From an uncultured Gemmatimonadales bacterium (GTDB lineage Bacteria > Gemmatimonadota > Gemmatimonadetes > Gemmatimonadales > GWC2-71-9), in NCBI GenBank assembly GCA_963779755.1, contig CAVZZO010000003.1:256001-320000 (forward strand): DNA of 64,000 nt, written 5' to 3'. Position 1 is the first letter of the stretch. Each line of letters starts with the position of its first letter. Both the position numbers and the translations under genes were made by a program. Of this stretch, positions 8,002-16,647 are shown piece by piece. The notes under the pieces are model-generated. The model saw nothing but the letters and a program-made list of their open reading frames with translations, had not been told where the DNA came from and ran no database searches.

Positions 8002-9953
8002 CAGCGGGCCTCCTCGATCAGGCGGTCCGCCGGCTCGGGCCAGTCCCAGACCAGCTTCTCCCGGCTGCGCAGGCCGCTCGCGACCGACACCACCACCCCG
8101 CTGAACCGCGGTCCGCTGCGCCGCGGGGTCCGTCCGGGAGCGCCCTCGAGGACCTCGCGCGCCAGCGCCGCTGTCGGCGCCTCCTGCCGCGCTTCCGCCG
8201 CCTGGAGCACCCGCTGCACCACGCCCTGGAGCGTTCGCACCGAATCCACCGTGCGGCCTGCCAGGTACTCGGCCAACCCCGCATCGCAGCTGCCCAGGTG
8301 GTCGCGCAGCAGCCGTTCCAGCACGGCCTGGCGCACCTCCCGCTCGGGCGGCGGCAGATGCACCACCAGCCCGCCCTCCAGCCGGCTCACCAGACGCGGC
8401 TCCAGGCCGTCGACCTCGGTGAGCGGCGAGACGGAGGTGAAGACCATCTGCCGGCCCGCCTCGGCGAGCTCGTTGAAGAGCCAGAACAGCTCTTCCTGGG
8501 TGCGATCCTTGCCTGCCAGCAGGTGGATGTCGTCCAGCAGCAGCGCGGTGATGCGGCGGTAGCGGGTGCGCCACCAGCCGATCCGGTCCCGGTCGATGGC
8601 GCCGATCAGCTCATCCACGAACTCGGCGGCGGTGAGACACGCCACCACCGTGTTCTCCCCGGCGCCGAGCGCGTTGCCGATGCCGTGCAGCAGATGGGAC
8701 TTGCCGGTGCCGCTGGGCCCCACGATGACCAGCGGGTTGTAGCGGCTTCCCGGCTGCTCCGCCACGGCCTGGGCGGCCCGGGCGGCGATCCGGTTGCCCG
8801 GCCCCTCGGCAAAATCCGCCAGTTGCCAGTGCGGCGACGGCCGCGGCGGGGGCGCCACGCCCTCCCGCGCGCTGGCCACCAGCGCCTCCGCTTCCTCCAG
8901 GCGATCGGGATCGCGGAAGACGGCATGGCCGCCCAGCGCCGTGTCAAGGTCGGTGGCTTCCGCCTCCAGGACACGCAGTCGCTCGACATCGTCGGCGTAG
9001 CGGGCCAGCAGCCCGTCCGGGTCGGGCGGCATGTCCTCTTCCAGCAGTGCGTCCAGCCGCGCCGTGCGGTAGCCTTCGCCCTCCCAGCGGAGCACCGCCT
9101 CGGCCACCCGTCCGCGCCACGCCTCCACCTGCTGAGCCACGGTGCTGGTGATTTCCGACAGGAAACTGGAGAATTCGTCGCTCCGCTCCGCCGGCGCGTC
9201 CTCGTCCTCGGGGGCAGCCGGGGGCGCCACCGCCGTCGGCCGGCCCAGCACGCCGGGCACTTCCTCCGACCGTAGGGGCTCGGTGCGGACGGCCTGGTAG
9301 GCGATCAGCCGGTTCAGCGCGCCGATCAACTCGCGCACGTTGGTGTACTGCGGAGCCGCCACCGCTTCCAGCACGCCGGCCGCGAAGGTCACGTTGCGCT
9401 CCTCCGCGTGGCGGCGGACGATGGCAACGCGCGTTTCGTAGTCGGGCGCGGTGATGTCGATGACCAGCCCGCCGGCGAAGCGCTGAACCAGCCGTTCGTC
9501 CAGTGCCTCGATGTCCTCCGGACCGCGATCGCTGGTGAGAACGATCTGATGCCCGGCGGTCTGCATGATGTTCACCAGCCGGAGCAGCTCGGCCTGCATC
9601 TCCCGCCGCCGGGCCAGAAACTGGACGTCGTCCAGCAGCAGCAACCCGACCTCGCCGTACCGGCGCCGGTAGGCTTCACCCTGCCCCGCCGCCAGCGCGG
9701 CGTGATAGGCCTCCACCAAGTCGTCCAGCGTCTGGTATTCGCAACTGAGCCCCGGATTGATCGCCTGTGCCGCCTGGGCGATGGCCATCAGCAGGTGGGT
9801 CTTGCCCAGGCCCGGGCCGCTGTAGAGGAACAGCGGGTTGTAGACGTTCCCCGGCGACTCGGCCACTGCCTTGGCCGCGGTGACCGCCAGCCGGTTGGCG
9901 GCGCCCACCACGAACGTCTCGAAGCGCAGCCGCGCGTTGATGCCGCCGGTCAT
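8001..9953 (-). CDS. Protein with two tandem DnaA-type AAA+ ATPase domains and no DNA-binding domain IV
   Basis: Copy 1: [48 protein letters not shown]. Copy 2: [55 protein letters not shown]. Confidence 0.9.
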   Translation of the reverse strand: MTGGINARLRFETFVVGAANRLAVTAAKAVAESPGNVYNPLFLYSGPGLGKTHLLMAIAQAAQAINPGLSCEYQTLDDLVEAYHAALAAGQGEAYRRRYGEVGLLLLDDVQFLARRREMQAELLRLVNIMQTAGHQIVLTSDRGPEDIEALDERLVQRFAGGLVIDITAPDYETRVAIVRRHAEERNVTFAAGVLEAVAAPQYTNVRELIGALNRLIAYQAVRTEPLRSEEVPGVLGRPTAVAPPAAPEDEDAPAERSDEFSSFLSEITSTVAQQVEAWRGRVAEAVLRWEGEGYRTARLDALLEEDMPPDPDGLLARYADDVERLRVLEAEATDLDTALGGHAVFRDPDRLEEAEALVASAREGVAPPPRPSPHWQLADFAEGPGNRIAARAAQAVAEQPGSRYNPLVIVGPSGTGKSHLLHGIGNALGAGENTVVACLTAAEFVDELIGAIDRDRIGWWRTRYRRITALLLDDIHLLAGKDRTQEELFWLFNELAEAGRQMVFTSVSPLTEVDGLEPRLVSRLEGGLVVHLPPPEREVRQAVLERLLRDHLGSCDAGLAEYLAGRTVDSVRTLQGVVQRVLQAAEARQEAPTAALAREVLEGAPGRTPRRSGPRFSGVVVSVASGLRSREKLVWDWPEPADRLIEEAR

Positions 9954-10552
9954 GCCAGCGCCTCCCGCGAAGCCAGCCGGCGCAGGACCACCTCGGAAAT
10001 GCCCTTGAGGGTCTCGAACACCCCGCCCCCGTGCAGGGCGTCGGCTCCAAAGCTCGGCACCCCGCGGAAATTCAGGACGTCGTCGAGGTCGGGAGGGGTG
10101 AGGATCAGGTCCCGGGGAAGATCCTGTTTGTTGTACTGGATCACCATGGGGAACTGGCGTACGTCCATCCCCTGCCGCAGCAGGTTGGCCTGGAGGTTCT
10201 GCAGGCTTTCCAGGTTCTCCTCCAGCCGCCGGCCCTGGCTGTCGGCCACGAAGACCACGCCGTCGGCGCCCTGCAGCACCAGCTGCCGGGTAGAGTTGTA
10301 GTACACCTGCCCCGGGACGGTGTAGAGCTGGAAGCGGGTAGTGAAGCCGGAGATGACCCCCAGGTCCAGCGGCAGGAAATCGAAGAACAGGGTCCGGTCG
10401 GTATGGGTGGCCAGCGAGACCATCCGCCCGCGGCGGCCCTCCGGCACCCGGCCGAAGACGTACTGCAGGTTGGTCGTCTTGCCGGACCGTCCGGGCCCGT
10501 AGTAGACGATCTTGCAGGTAATCTCGCGGGTCGTGAAGTTGACGAGCGACAT
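9950..10552 (-). CDS. mglA: MglA-family small GTPase
   Basis: [56 protein letters not shown]. Confidence 0.96.
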   Translation of the reverse strand: MSLVNFTTREITCKIVYYGPGRSGKTTNLQYVFGRVPEGRRGRMVSLATHTDRTLFFDFLPLDLGVISGFTTRFQLYTVPGQVYYNSTRQLVLQGADGVVFVADSQGRRLEENLESLQNLQANLLRQGMDVRQFPMVIQYNKQDLPRDLILTPPDLDDVLNFRGVPSFGADALHGGGVFETLKGISEVVLRRLASREALA

Positions 10553-11017
10553 CTAGCGTCCGAAGAGCGTGCGAAGGCTCGTGTTGAGGTCGCGTTCGAA
10601 ATCGGCTGGCAGCACTTCGCTGGGCCGGGATTCCGGCGGCGGCGCTGCCCGGGCCAGCTGTGCCACCAAACGGTTGAAGAACAGTTGCACGATGCCCAGG
10701 GAAGTCTCCGGACCGAAGACTACGAAGCCGATCCAGCTCCCGCGCGGGGTGTCGAACTGGGCCAGAAAATGTCCCTGCCGGGTCCCCTGGTGCGCCATCG
10801 CGCTGAAGGGCGGCCAGGCCAGCATCCGTGCCAGTTCCTGGGCGCTGGCCACGATGCCGGCGCCCAGTGCCGCCGCCGACATGACGTCCAGCGCGCGGGT
10901 GAACCCGTGCTGCGCAATCACCTGGCCCGACCCGGTCATGATCAGGGTCAGCCGGGCCGAGGATTCGGCCAGGAAATCGTTCAACGGTTCCACCACCCAG
11001 GATTCTACCGCCCGCAT
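10553..11017 (-). CDS. mglB: Roadblock/LC7 protein, MglB-like
   Basis: LIMTGSGQVIAQHG, AAALGAGIVASAQELARML, VVFGPETSLGIVQL, C-terminal FERDLNTSLRTLF helix; directly upstream of mglA. Start is 11017 (TGATG overlap) or 11029. Confidence 0.85.
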   Translation of the reverse strand: MRAVESWVVEPLNDFLAESSARLTLIMTGSGQVIAQHGFTRALDVMSAAALGAGIVASAQELARMLAWPPFSAMAHQGTRQGHFLAQFDTPRGSWIGFVVFGPETSLGIVQLFFNRLVAQLARAAPPPESRPSEVLPADFERDLNTSLRTLFGR

Positions 11018-11367
11018 CAACTCACCCATTCAGCCAGGCGGCCGAGATCCAGCCGCGCCCGTCCGACGTTGACTCCACGATCGGCAATAAGCACCGTAAC
11101 CAGTTCCGTCCCGGCCGGCGCCACCAGCAAGAGTCCGCCGCTCGCCTGCACCAGCACGAACTGGGGCGCCCCCGCCCCGGCCCCTTCCGCCGCGGCGTCC
11201 AGCCGGCGCACCAGGCTGCTCGCCAGGGCCGCCAGGGCGGCGCCATCGACGCCTTCCATCAGCGATTCCGCGACCACCAGGCCGTCGGCCCGCGACGCCA
11301 GCAACGCCCCGCGCGCCCCGCGGATCCGGATCAGCGGCTCGAGCGCGGCCTGGTAGTCCGGCGTCAT
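11017..11367 (-). CDS. Roadblock/LC7 domain protein
   Basis: IRGARGALLASRADGLVVAE, AALAALASSL, VNVGRARLDL; ATGA overlap with the upstream gene. Confidence 0.88.
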   Translation of the reverse strand: MTPDYQAALEPLIRIRGARGALLASRADGLVVAESLMEGVDGAALAALASSLVRRLDAAAEGAGAGAPQFVLVQASGGLLLVAPAGTELVTVLIADRGVNVGRARLDLGRLAEWVS

Positions 11368-12203
11368 GCACTCCCCTCCAGCCAGCGCCGCGCCGCTTCG
11401 GCCGCCCGGGTGGCCAGCAGCGCCAGCCGCCCCATCGGCATTCCGGCCTCGCGACGCACCAGCAGGAGCGTCTCGCCGGTGGGCGGCGCCAGAAAGAGAT
11501 TCGCCTCCGGCGCCTCGACGGCGATGCCCTGCCATTCGCCCAGGCCGAGCAGGCGCACGGTCCGCTCCACCTCGCGGGAGACGCCCGCCAGTTCCGCCGC
11601 GACCTGATCGTCGCGCTCCGCGATGCCGTCGCCCAGTGTCCCCTCCAGCCGCAGGCCACCGCTGTCCAGCAGGAGGAAGCCGGGGCCGCCCAGATCGAGC
11701 GGGACGGCCGCGATGCCAGGCACCGCGGATGCCGGCGGCGCTTCAGGCGCCGGCTGGTCCGGCGCCCGCAGCGGCGCGGCCTCTCCCTCGCTCAACCCGG
11801 CAGCCAGCTGTTCCCGTACCCGGCTCAGCGCGGTCTGCAGCGCCTCGTCCGCCGGCAGGCTGCGCGCGGCCACTTCGAGGTGGTGTTGCGCGCTGGGGAG
11901 ATCCCCGGCCATAAAATAGAGGTAGCCCACGCCTTTGTGCGCCCCGGGATGCACCGGGTCGAGCCGCAGGGTCATATCCCATTCGTCGAAGGCGCTCTCC
12001 AGCTCGTGCTGATCCACCAGGATCCGGGCGTAGAGATCGTGCGCATCGGGAAGATTGGGATAGCGGGTGAGGCCCTGCCGGGCCACCTTGGCGGCGGCGT
12101 CCAGGCGGCGCGCCCGGCGCAGCGCCTCTCCCAGTTCCAGAAAAATCAGGCTCGACGGGTCGGCGGCCAGCTGCGCGGTGAGCCCGCGGATGTCGTCACT
12201 CAC
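11364..12203 (-). CDS. TPR plus C-terminal Roadblock/LC7 fusion protein
   Basis: DPSSLIFLELGEALRR TPR region, Pro/Ala linker, then LLLDSGGLRLEG...VAAELAGVSREVERTVRLLGLGEW...MPMGRLALL. Confidence 0.82.
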   Translation of the reverse strand: MSDDIRGLTAQLAADPSSLIFLELGEALRRARRLDAAAKVARQGLTRYPNLPDAHDLYARILVDQHELESAFDEWDMTLRLDPVHPGAHKGVGYLYFMAGDLPSAQHHLEVAARSLPADEALQTALSRVREQLAAGLSEGEAAPLRAPDQPAPEAPPASAVPGIAAVPLDLGGPGFLLLDSGGLRLEGTLGDGIAERDDQVAAELAGVSREVERTVRLLGLGEWQGIAVEAPEANLFLAPPTGETLLLVRREAGMPMGRLALLATRAAEAARRWLEGSA

Positions 12204-13338
12204 GGCCGCCTCGCAGGGCTCGCTCCAGGGTGTAGGCTGCTTCGCGGGCGGAACGGACCTCGAGCGAGTGCGCCGCTTCCTCCGGCGACAGATCGGGCAT
12301 TGCGCTCCAGCGGTCCCAGCTCTCGACCGCCTCCAGAAAAAGGCCGCGGGCGACCAGGCTATAGCCCAGCAGCCGCAGCGCCGGAACGCACTGGAGATCG
12401 AGCTGCAGCGCCCGCTGCAACGCCGCCGTGGCCTCCTGGTGATGTCCCTCGGCCAGGTGGGCGCGGCCCACCGCGGCATGCGCCAGCGGCTCGTCCGGAT
12501 GCCGCGCCACGGCCTCTTCCGCCAGGCGGCGCGCCGTCTCGGGCTGCCCCCGCAGCAGTTCGTCCTCCGCCCGGGCGATCAGCATGGCCAGTTCCCGGCC
12601 GCCCGGCGGCTCGGCCGGCCGGGACACCGGATCCTCCAGCATGAGGATCCCGGTGCTGGCGAGCCCGAAGAGCGTCTTGGCCACCTCGAACTCGGAACGG
12701 CGTAGATGCTGGGAGAGATCCCGCACGTCCTGGCGGCCGTCCACCATGGCCAGCACTTCCCACTCGAACGGAATGAGGTCGAGACGGGAGTCGTTCCCCT
12801 GCGCCAGCCGGGGAATGATGCCGAGGTGGGGAATACGCGTCTCGATGCGGGACCATTCGTCGATCCGCCGGGCCGCTTCCATCAGCAGCGCCTCGGTGGG
12901 GATTCGGATGTCCGCTTCCGTCGGCAGCTCGCCGGGATCGCCCTCCTCGAAGGAGAAGTACCCCTCCGACCAGCTGAGCAGCTCGAAGACGACCTCCTCC
13001 ACCTGGCCCCGCACCCGGCGCTCCAGCTGCCGCCGGGAGATCGCCCCGATGGAGACCAGGATTTCGCCCAGCTTGCGGCCGTCGCCGTTTTCCTGCATGG
13101 CACGGGCGCGAGTCAGGTCTTCTTCCGAGAGCTTGCCGGCCCGGAGCAGCAGCCCGCCCAGCGGGTGCGGGTTGCTGCGGATCTCCGCGCCCACCACACC
13201 TCCCCGCTCGAAGTACACCGTGCCCGCGTTGAGCCGGATCTCCGAGCGCACCTTGAGCGCTCCCGTCTTCCGGCTCAGGTCCAGCAGCTGGAAGACGTCG
13301 TGGATGCTGAGCTCGCGCAGCGGGCCTTCGATCGCCAT
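12196..13338 (-). CDS. DUF4388 / degenerate MshEN-like / TPR protein
   Basis: MAIEGPLRELSIHDVFQLLDLSRKTG, LLMEAARRIDEW, C-terminal TPRs; paralogue of 6385-8001. Confidence 0.88.
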   Translation of the reverse strand: MAIEGPLRELSIHDVFQLLDLSRKTGALKVRSEIRLNAGTVYFERGGVVGAEIRSNPHPLGGLLLRAGKLSEEDLTRARAMQENGDGRKLGEILVSIGAISRRQLERRVRGQVEEVVFELLSWSEGYFSFEEGDPGELPTEADIRIPTEALLMEAARRIDEWSRIETRIPHLGIIPRLAQGNDSRLDLIPFEWEVLAMVDGRQDVRDLSQHLRRSEFEVAKTLFGLASTGILMLEDPVSRPAEPPGGRELAMLIARAEDELLRGQPETARRLAEEAVARHPDEPLAHAAVGRAHLAEGHHQEATAALQRALQLDLQCVPALRLLGYSLVARGLFLEAVESWDRWSAMPDLSPEEAAHSLEVRSAREAAYTLERALRGGRE

Positions 13339-16013
13339 CAGGCCCTCCGCCGGGAGAAGATATGCTGCAGCTCGCGCGCGGAGCGTGTCTCGTTGCGGGC
13401 CAGCTGCGCGAAGGACGAGGCCGGCGCCTGCTGAACCACCCGTTCCCAGAGCTGAACCGCCTCCTGGAAGCGGCGCAGCCGCGCCAGCGTCATGCCGACG
13501 AAATAGAGGGCGCCGGGATTGTCGGGATCGAACCGCAGCACCCGGCGGAACGCCTCCAGCGCCTCGACCACGCGCTGGTCGTCCATCAGGGCGCGGCCCA
13601 GAAGCGTCAGCGCGTCAAGGTCGAGCGGTTCGGTGGTGAGCAGCGCCACCAGCACCTCCACCGCCGCCGCCGGCGACTCGGTGCGGCGCAACAGATCGGC
13701 CAGCCCGAGCACCGCCTCCACGTAGCTCGGCAAGAGGTCCACTGCGTGCTCGTAGCACTGCCGGGCCGCGCTCCAGCGCTCCCGCCGTTCCTCCAACTGG
13801 GCCAGCTCGAACCAGACCTGCGCCAGGGTTCCGTCGAGTTGCAGGGCGCCGTGGTACGCTTCGGCGGCCTCCTCCAGCTGGCCCAGCCGCTCGTTGACGC
13901 GGGCCTGCAGCTGCAGCAGGTCGGGACGGCCGGGTGCGCGCGCCTGCGCCTCCTTCACCAGATCCAGGGCACCGACCGGATTCCCCCCGTGCAGCCGGGT
14001 CTGGGCCGCGGCCACCAGCACGTCGACGTCCTCCGGGCGCCGCTCCACCAGCTCCTCCGCCAGGGTCCCCGCTTCTCCCGCCCGGTCCAGCGCGAGCAGG
14101 CTGCGGACCTCCCCCAGCAGGGCTTCTTCATCGCCCTGCAGCATGGCGCCGGCCTGGCGGTACCGCTCCAGGGCTTCGCCGTGCAGGCCGCGCCGGGCGT
14201 AGATATGGCCCTGCAGCACCAGCGCCCGCCCCTCCTGGGCGCCGCGGCCCCGGGCCCGGTCCAGTTCGCCCACCGCCCGCTCCAGCAGCCCCTTCTGGAT
14301 GTACTCCCGGGCCAGCGCCAGCGGATCCTCGACCCCGGCCGGCTCGGGAGCGGGCGCAGCGCTCAACTCCTTGAAGAACTGGTCCAGCAGCCGCTGGTCG
14401 AAGACGAAGTCCTCGCCCATCTGCTCGGTGCGGACATCGGCGGAGATCTCCGGCACCACGGCGATGGTGGGGTCTTCGTACTGCAGGTCGATGGCCAGGG
14501 AAAACTTCTGCGGGACATAGTAGGGCTCCAGCTCCAGGGCCTGCTTGGTCTCCCGCAGCGCTCCGTCGTAGTCTCCCAGCTGGCTCAGGGTGAAGCTCAG
14601 GTTGTAGTGGGCCGAGGCATTGCGCGGATCGGCCTCCACCGCGCGCACGAAGGCGTTTCGCGCATCGCTGAAGCGTTTGATCTCGGTCAGTACCAGCCCC
14701 ACGCCGTTCCAGGCGACGGCATTGCGCGGGGCCTCGGCCAGCACCTGGCGGTAGGCCTCCAGCGCCAGCTGAAAGCGACGGCGCTGGAACAGGAGCAGGC
14801 CCAGGTTGAGCCGGCCGGCGGTCAGGTCGCGGCGGCAGCGGAGCGCCTGGTGGAAGGATTCCACCGCGTCCTCGTTCTCCAGGCCGTGGCGGCTCTGCAG
14901 CACGCCCAGATTGTTCCAGGCCAGGGCATAGTTGCGGTCCAGCCGGATTGCCTGCCGGTAAGCTGCCTCGGCCTCTTCCCGCCGTCCGGCCTGGTGCAGG
15001 CAGACGCCCAGCTCGTTCTGCAGCTTGGGCGAATCGTCGTATTCCTGGACCAGCTCCTGGTAGAGATCGAGGGCGCCGCCCAGGTCGCGCCGCAGCAGGT
15101 GCACCTCCGCCATGGCCTGCAGGGTGAGCCGGCGATCCTCGCCCTGTTCCAGCGCCATACGGTACTCCCGCAGGGCCTCGAGGTAGTAGCCCTTCTGCCG
15201 GAAGGCGAGCCCGAGGTTGAAATGCGCCAGCGTGGCGCCCTCGGTGACGCTGGGCCGGGCCGGGGCCTCGGGGGCGGCGCCGTTTCCCGTGATCTGCTGC
15301 AGCGACAGGTTGGTATGCGCACGGGCGAGCGTGGGGTTCAGCGTGATGGCGCGCTTGGTGGCGGCCCGCGCCGCCTCGTGATAACCCAGGTCGCCGTAGA
15401 GGAACGCCAGCAGGTAGTGCGCATCGGCGTTGTCCGGGTTGAGCGCGACCGCTTCCTGCAGCACCGCGCGCGCCTGGTCCGGCAGGCCGCGGTTGTACAG
15501 CGCCTCGCCGTAGTAGAAGAGCGCGACGCTGCTCTCCGGATCGAGTTCGCTGGCGCGGCGGAAGTGGTCGCAGGCCTCCTCGGGGCGGTTGGAAGCCTTC
15601 TCGGCCAGGCCCAGCTGAATCAGGGCCGGCACGTCCTTCGGATACTGCTCGACCAGCGTGTGGAACTCCGCGATGGCCTCATCGCCCTGCCCCATGGAGG
15701 CGTAGGTGCGGGCCAGCTCCCAGCGCGCGTCCCGTTGAGAGGGCTGGCGCCGCAGCACCTCCCGCAGTTCCGAGACCCGGCGGTCGTAGTATCCGGAGCT
15801 GCGATAGGCGATCTCCAGGTTGGCCTGTGCCACCTGCATCCGCGAGTCGAGCTCGAGCGCGCGCCCGAACTCGGCGATGGCTTCCGCGATCAGCCCTTTC
15901 TGGTAGTAGAGGACGCCGAGATTGTTATGGGCCCCGGCGTCGGAAGGATCGATCCGCCGCGCGAACGTCCGCAGGACTCCGAGGTCACGCTCCGAGAGCA
16001 CGGGCGCGGGCAT
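13338..16013 (-). CDS. Large cytoplasmic TPR protein (891 aa)
   Basis: Many canonical TPRs (AHNNLGVLYYQKG, AHFNLGLAFRQKG, AWNNLGVL, AHYNLSFTL); no signal peptide. Confidence 0.92.
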   Translation of the reverse strand: MPAPVLSERDLGVLRTFARRIDPSDAGAHNNLGVLYYQKGLIAEAIAEFGRALELDSRMQVAQANLEIAYRSSGYYDRRVSELREVLRRQPSQRDARWELARTYASMGQGDEAIAEFHTLVEQYPKDVPALIQLGLAEKASNRPEEACDHFRRASELDPESSVALFYYGEALYNRGLPDQARAVLQEAVALNPDNADAHYLLAFLYGDLGYHEAARAATKRAITLNPTLARAHTNLSLQQITGNGAAPEAPARPSVTEGATLAHFNLGLAFRQKGYYLEALREYRMALEQGEDRRLTLQAMAEVHLLRRDLGGALDLYQELVQEYDDSPKLQNELGVCLHQAGRREEAEAAYRQAIRLDRNYALAWNNLGVLQSRHGLENEDAVESFHQALRCRRDLTAGRLNLGLLLFQRRRFQLALEAYRQVLAEAPRNAVAWNGVGLVLTEIKRFSDARNAFVRAVEADPRNASAHYNLSFTLSQLGDYDGALRETKQALELEPYYVPQKFSLAIDLQYEDPTIAVVPEISADVRTEQMGEDFVFDQRLLDQFFKELSAAPAPEPAGVEDPLALAREYIQKGLLERAVGELDRARGRGAQEGRALVLQGHIYARRGLHGEALERYRQAGAMLQGDEEALLGEVRSLLALDRAGEAGTLAEELVERRPEDVDVLVAAAQTRLHGGNPVGALDLVKEAQARAPGRPDLLQLQARVNERLGQLEEAAEAYHGALQLDGTLAQVWFELAQLEERRERWSAARQCYEHAVDLLPSYVEAVLGLADLLRRTESPAAAVEVLVALLTTEPLDLDALTLLGRALMDDQRVVEALEAFRRVLRFDPDNPGALYFVGMTLARLRRFQEAVQLWERVVQQAPASSFAQLARNETRSARELQHIFSRRRA

Positions 16014-16018
16014 GATCC

Positions 16019-16639
16019 CTACGAGAGGCGAATGGCGTCGAAGACGGCCCGGAGGGAGGCGAGGTCAGGCATGAGCAGGAAATGGCCCCGGAGCCCGCGG
16101 TTTTCTTCGGAGAAGACGAACTCGGTCTCCAGACAGAAGACGAAATCCCGTTCGTACCCGAAGTTCAGATAGGTGCTGGTGAGCACGGCGCCGGCCAGGT
16201 CCACCACCAGCCCCGGAACCGAGGGAAGCAGCATCATCCCCATGAAGTCGCTCAGGGCGTTGAGATAGGCGCTGCTCAGGATGTTCCCCGCTTCCTTGAG
16301 CCCCGACTGTTCCATCTCGCCGAATTCGGTGGTGGTGCCCATCTCGCGGCGCAGCAGGATGTCGCACAGCTCTTCGGCGGAATCGCGGGGAAAGACGATC
16401 ATGGTCCGGCCCGTCAGGTCGCCCATCATGTGCATCAGCACCGCGGCGACGATGTCGTCGGGACTGCCCAGCAGCCGGCAGACCTCCTCCAGCCGGGTGA
16501 TGTTCACCTCGGGCACCGAGATCATGATCTTGCGGCCGGTCATCTGGGACAGGGCGGTGGCGGCGTGCCCTGCCCCGATGTTGGCGACCTCGCGCAAGGC
16601 ATCGAGTTGCAGCTCCTGCAGGTTCCGGATGTCGTCCAC
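16019..16639 (-). CDS. cheC: Chemotaxis phosphatase CheC
   Basis: Two DxxxExxN-type motifs: DALREVANIGAGHAATALS and SGLKEAGNILSSAYLNALS. Confidence 0.95.
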   Translation of the reverse strand: MDDIRNLQELQLDALREVANIGAGHAATALSQMTGRKIMISVPEVNITRLEEVCRLLGSPDDIVAAVLMHMMGDLTGRTMIVFPRDSAEELCDILLRREMGTTTEFGEMEQSGLKEAGNILSSAYLNALSDFMGMMLLPSVPGLVVDLAGAVLTSTYLNFGYERDFVFCLETEFVFSEENRGLRGHFLLMPDLASLRAVFDAIRLS

Positions 16640-16647
16640 AGGGCCTC

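Noticed and set aside
8001..9953. Calling this gene dnaA and the region oriC
   Set aside because: No domain I or IV, duplicated ATPase domain, no dnaN/recF/gyrB nearby, no intergenic space or DnaA-box cluster.
13362..16172. 936-aa plus-strand ORF (likewise 26638-29517, 6427-8562, 16882-18726 and minus-strand 50294-52510)
   Set aside because: Antisense shadows of clear genes in high-GC DNA; no motifs and a composition typical of reverse-frame translation.
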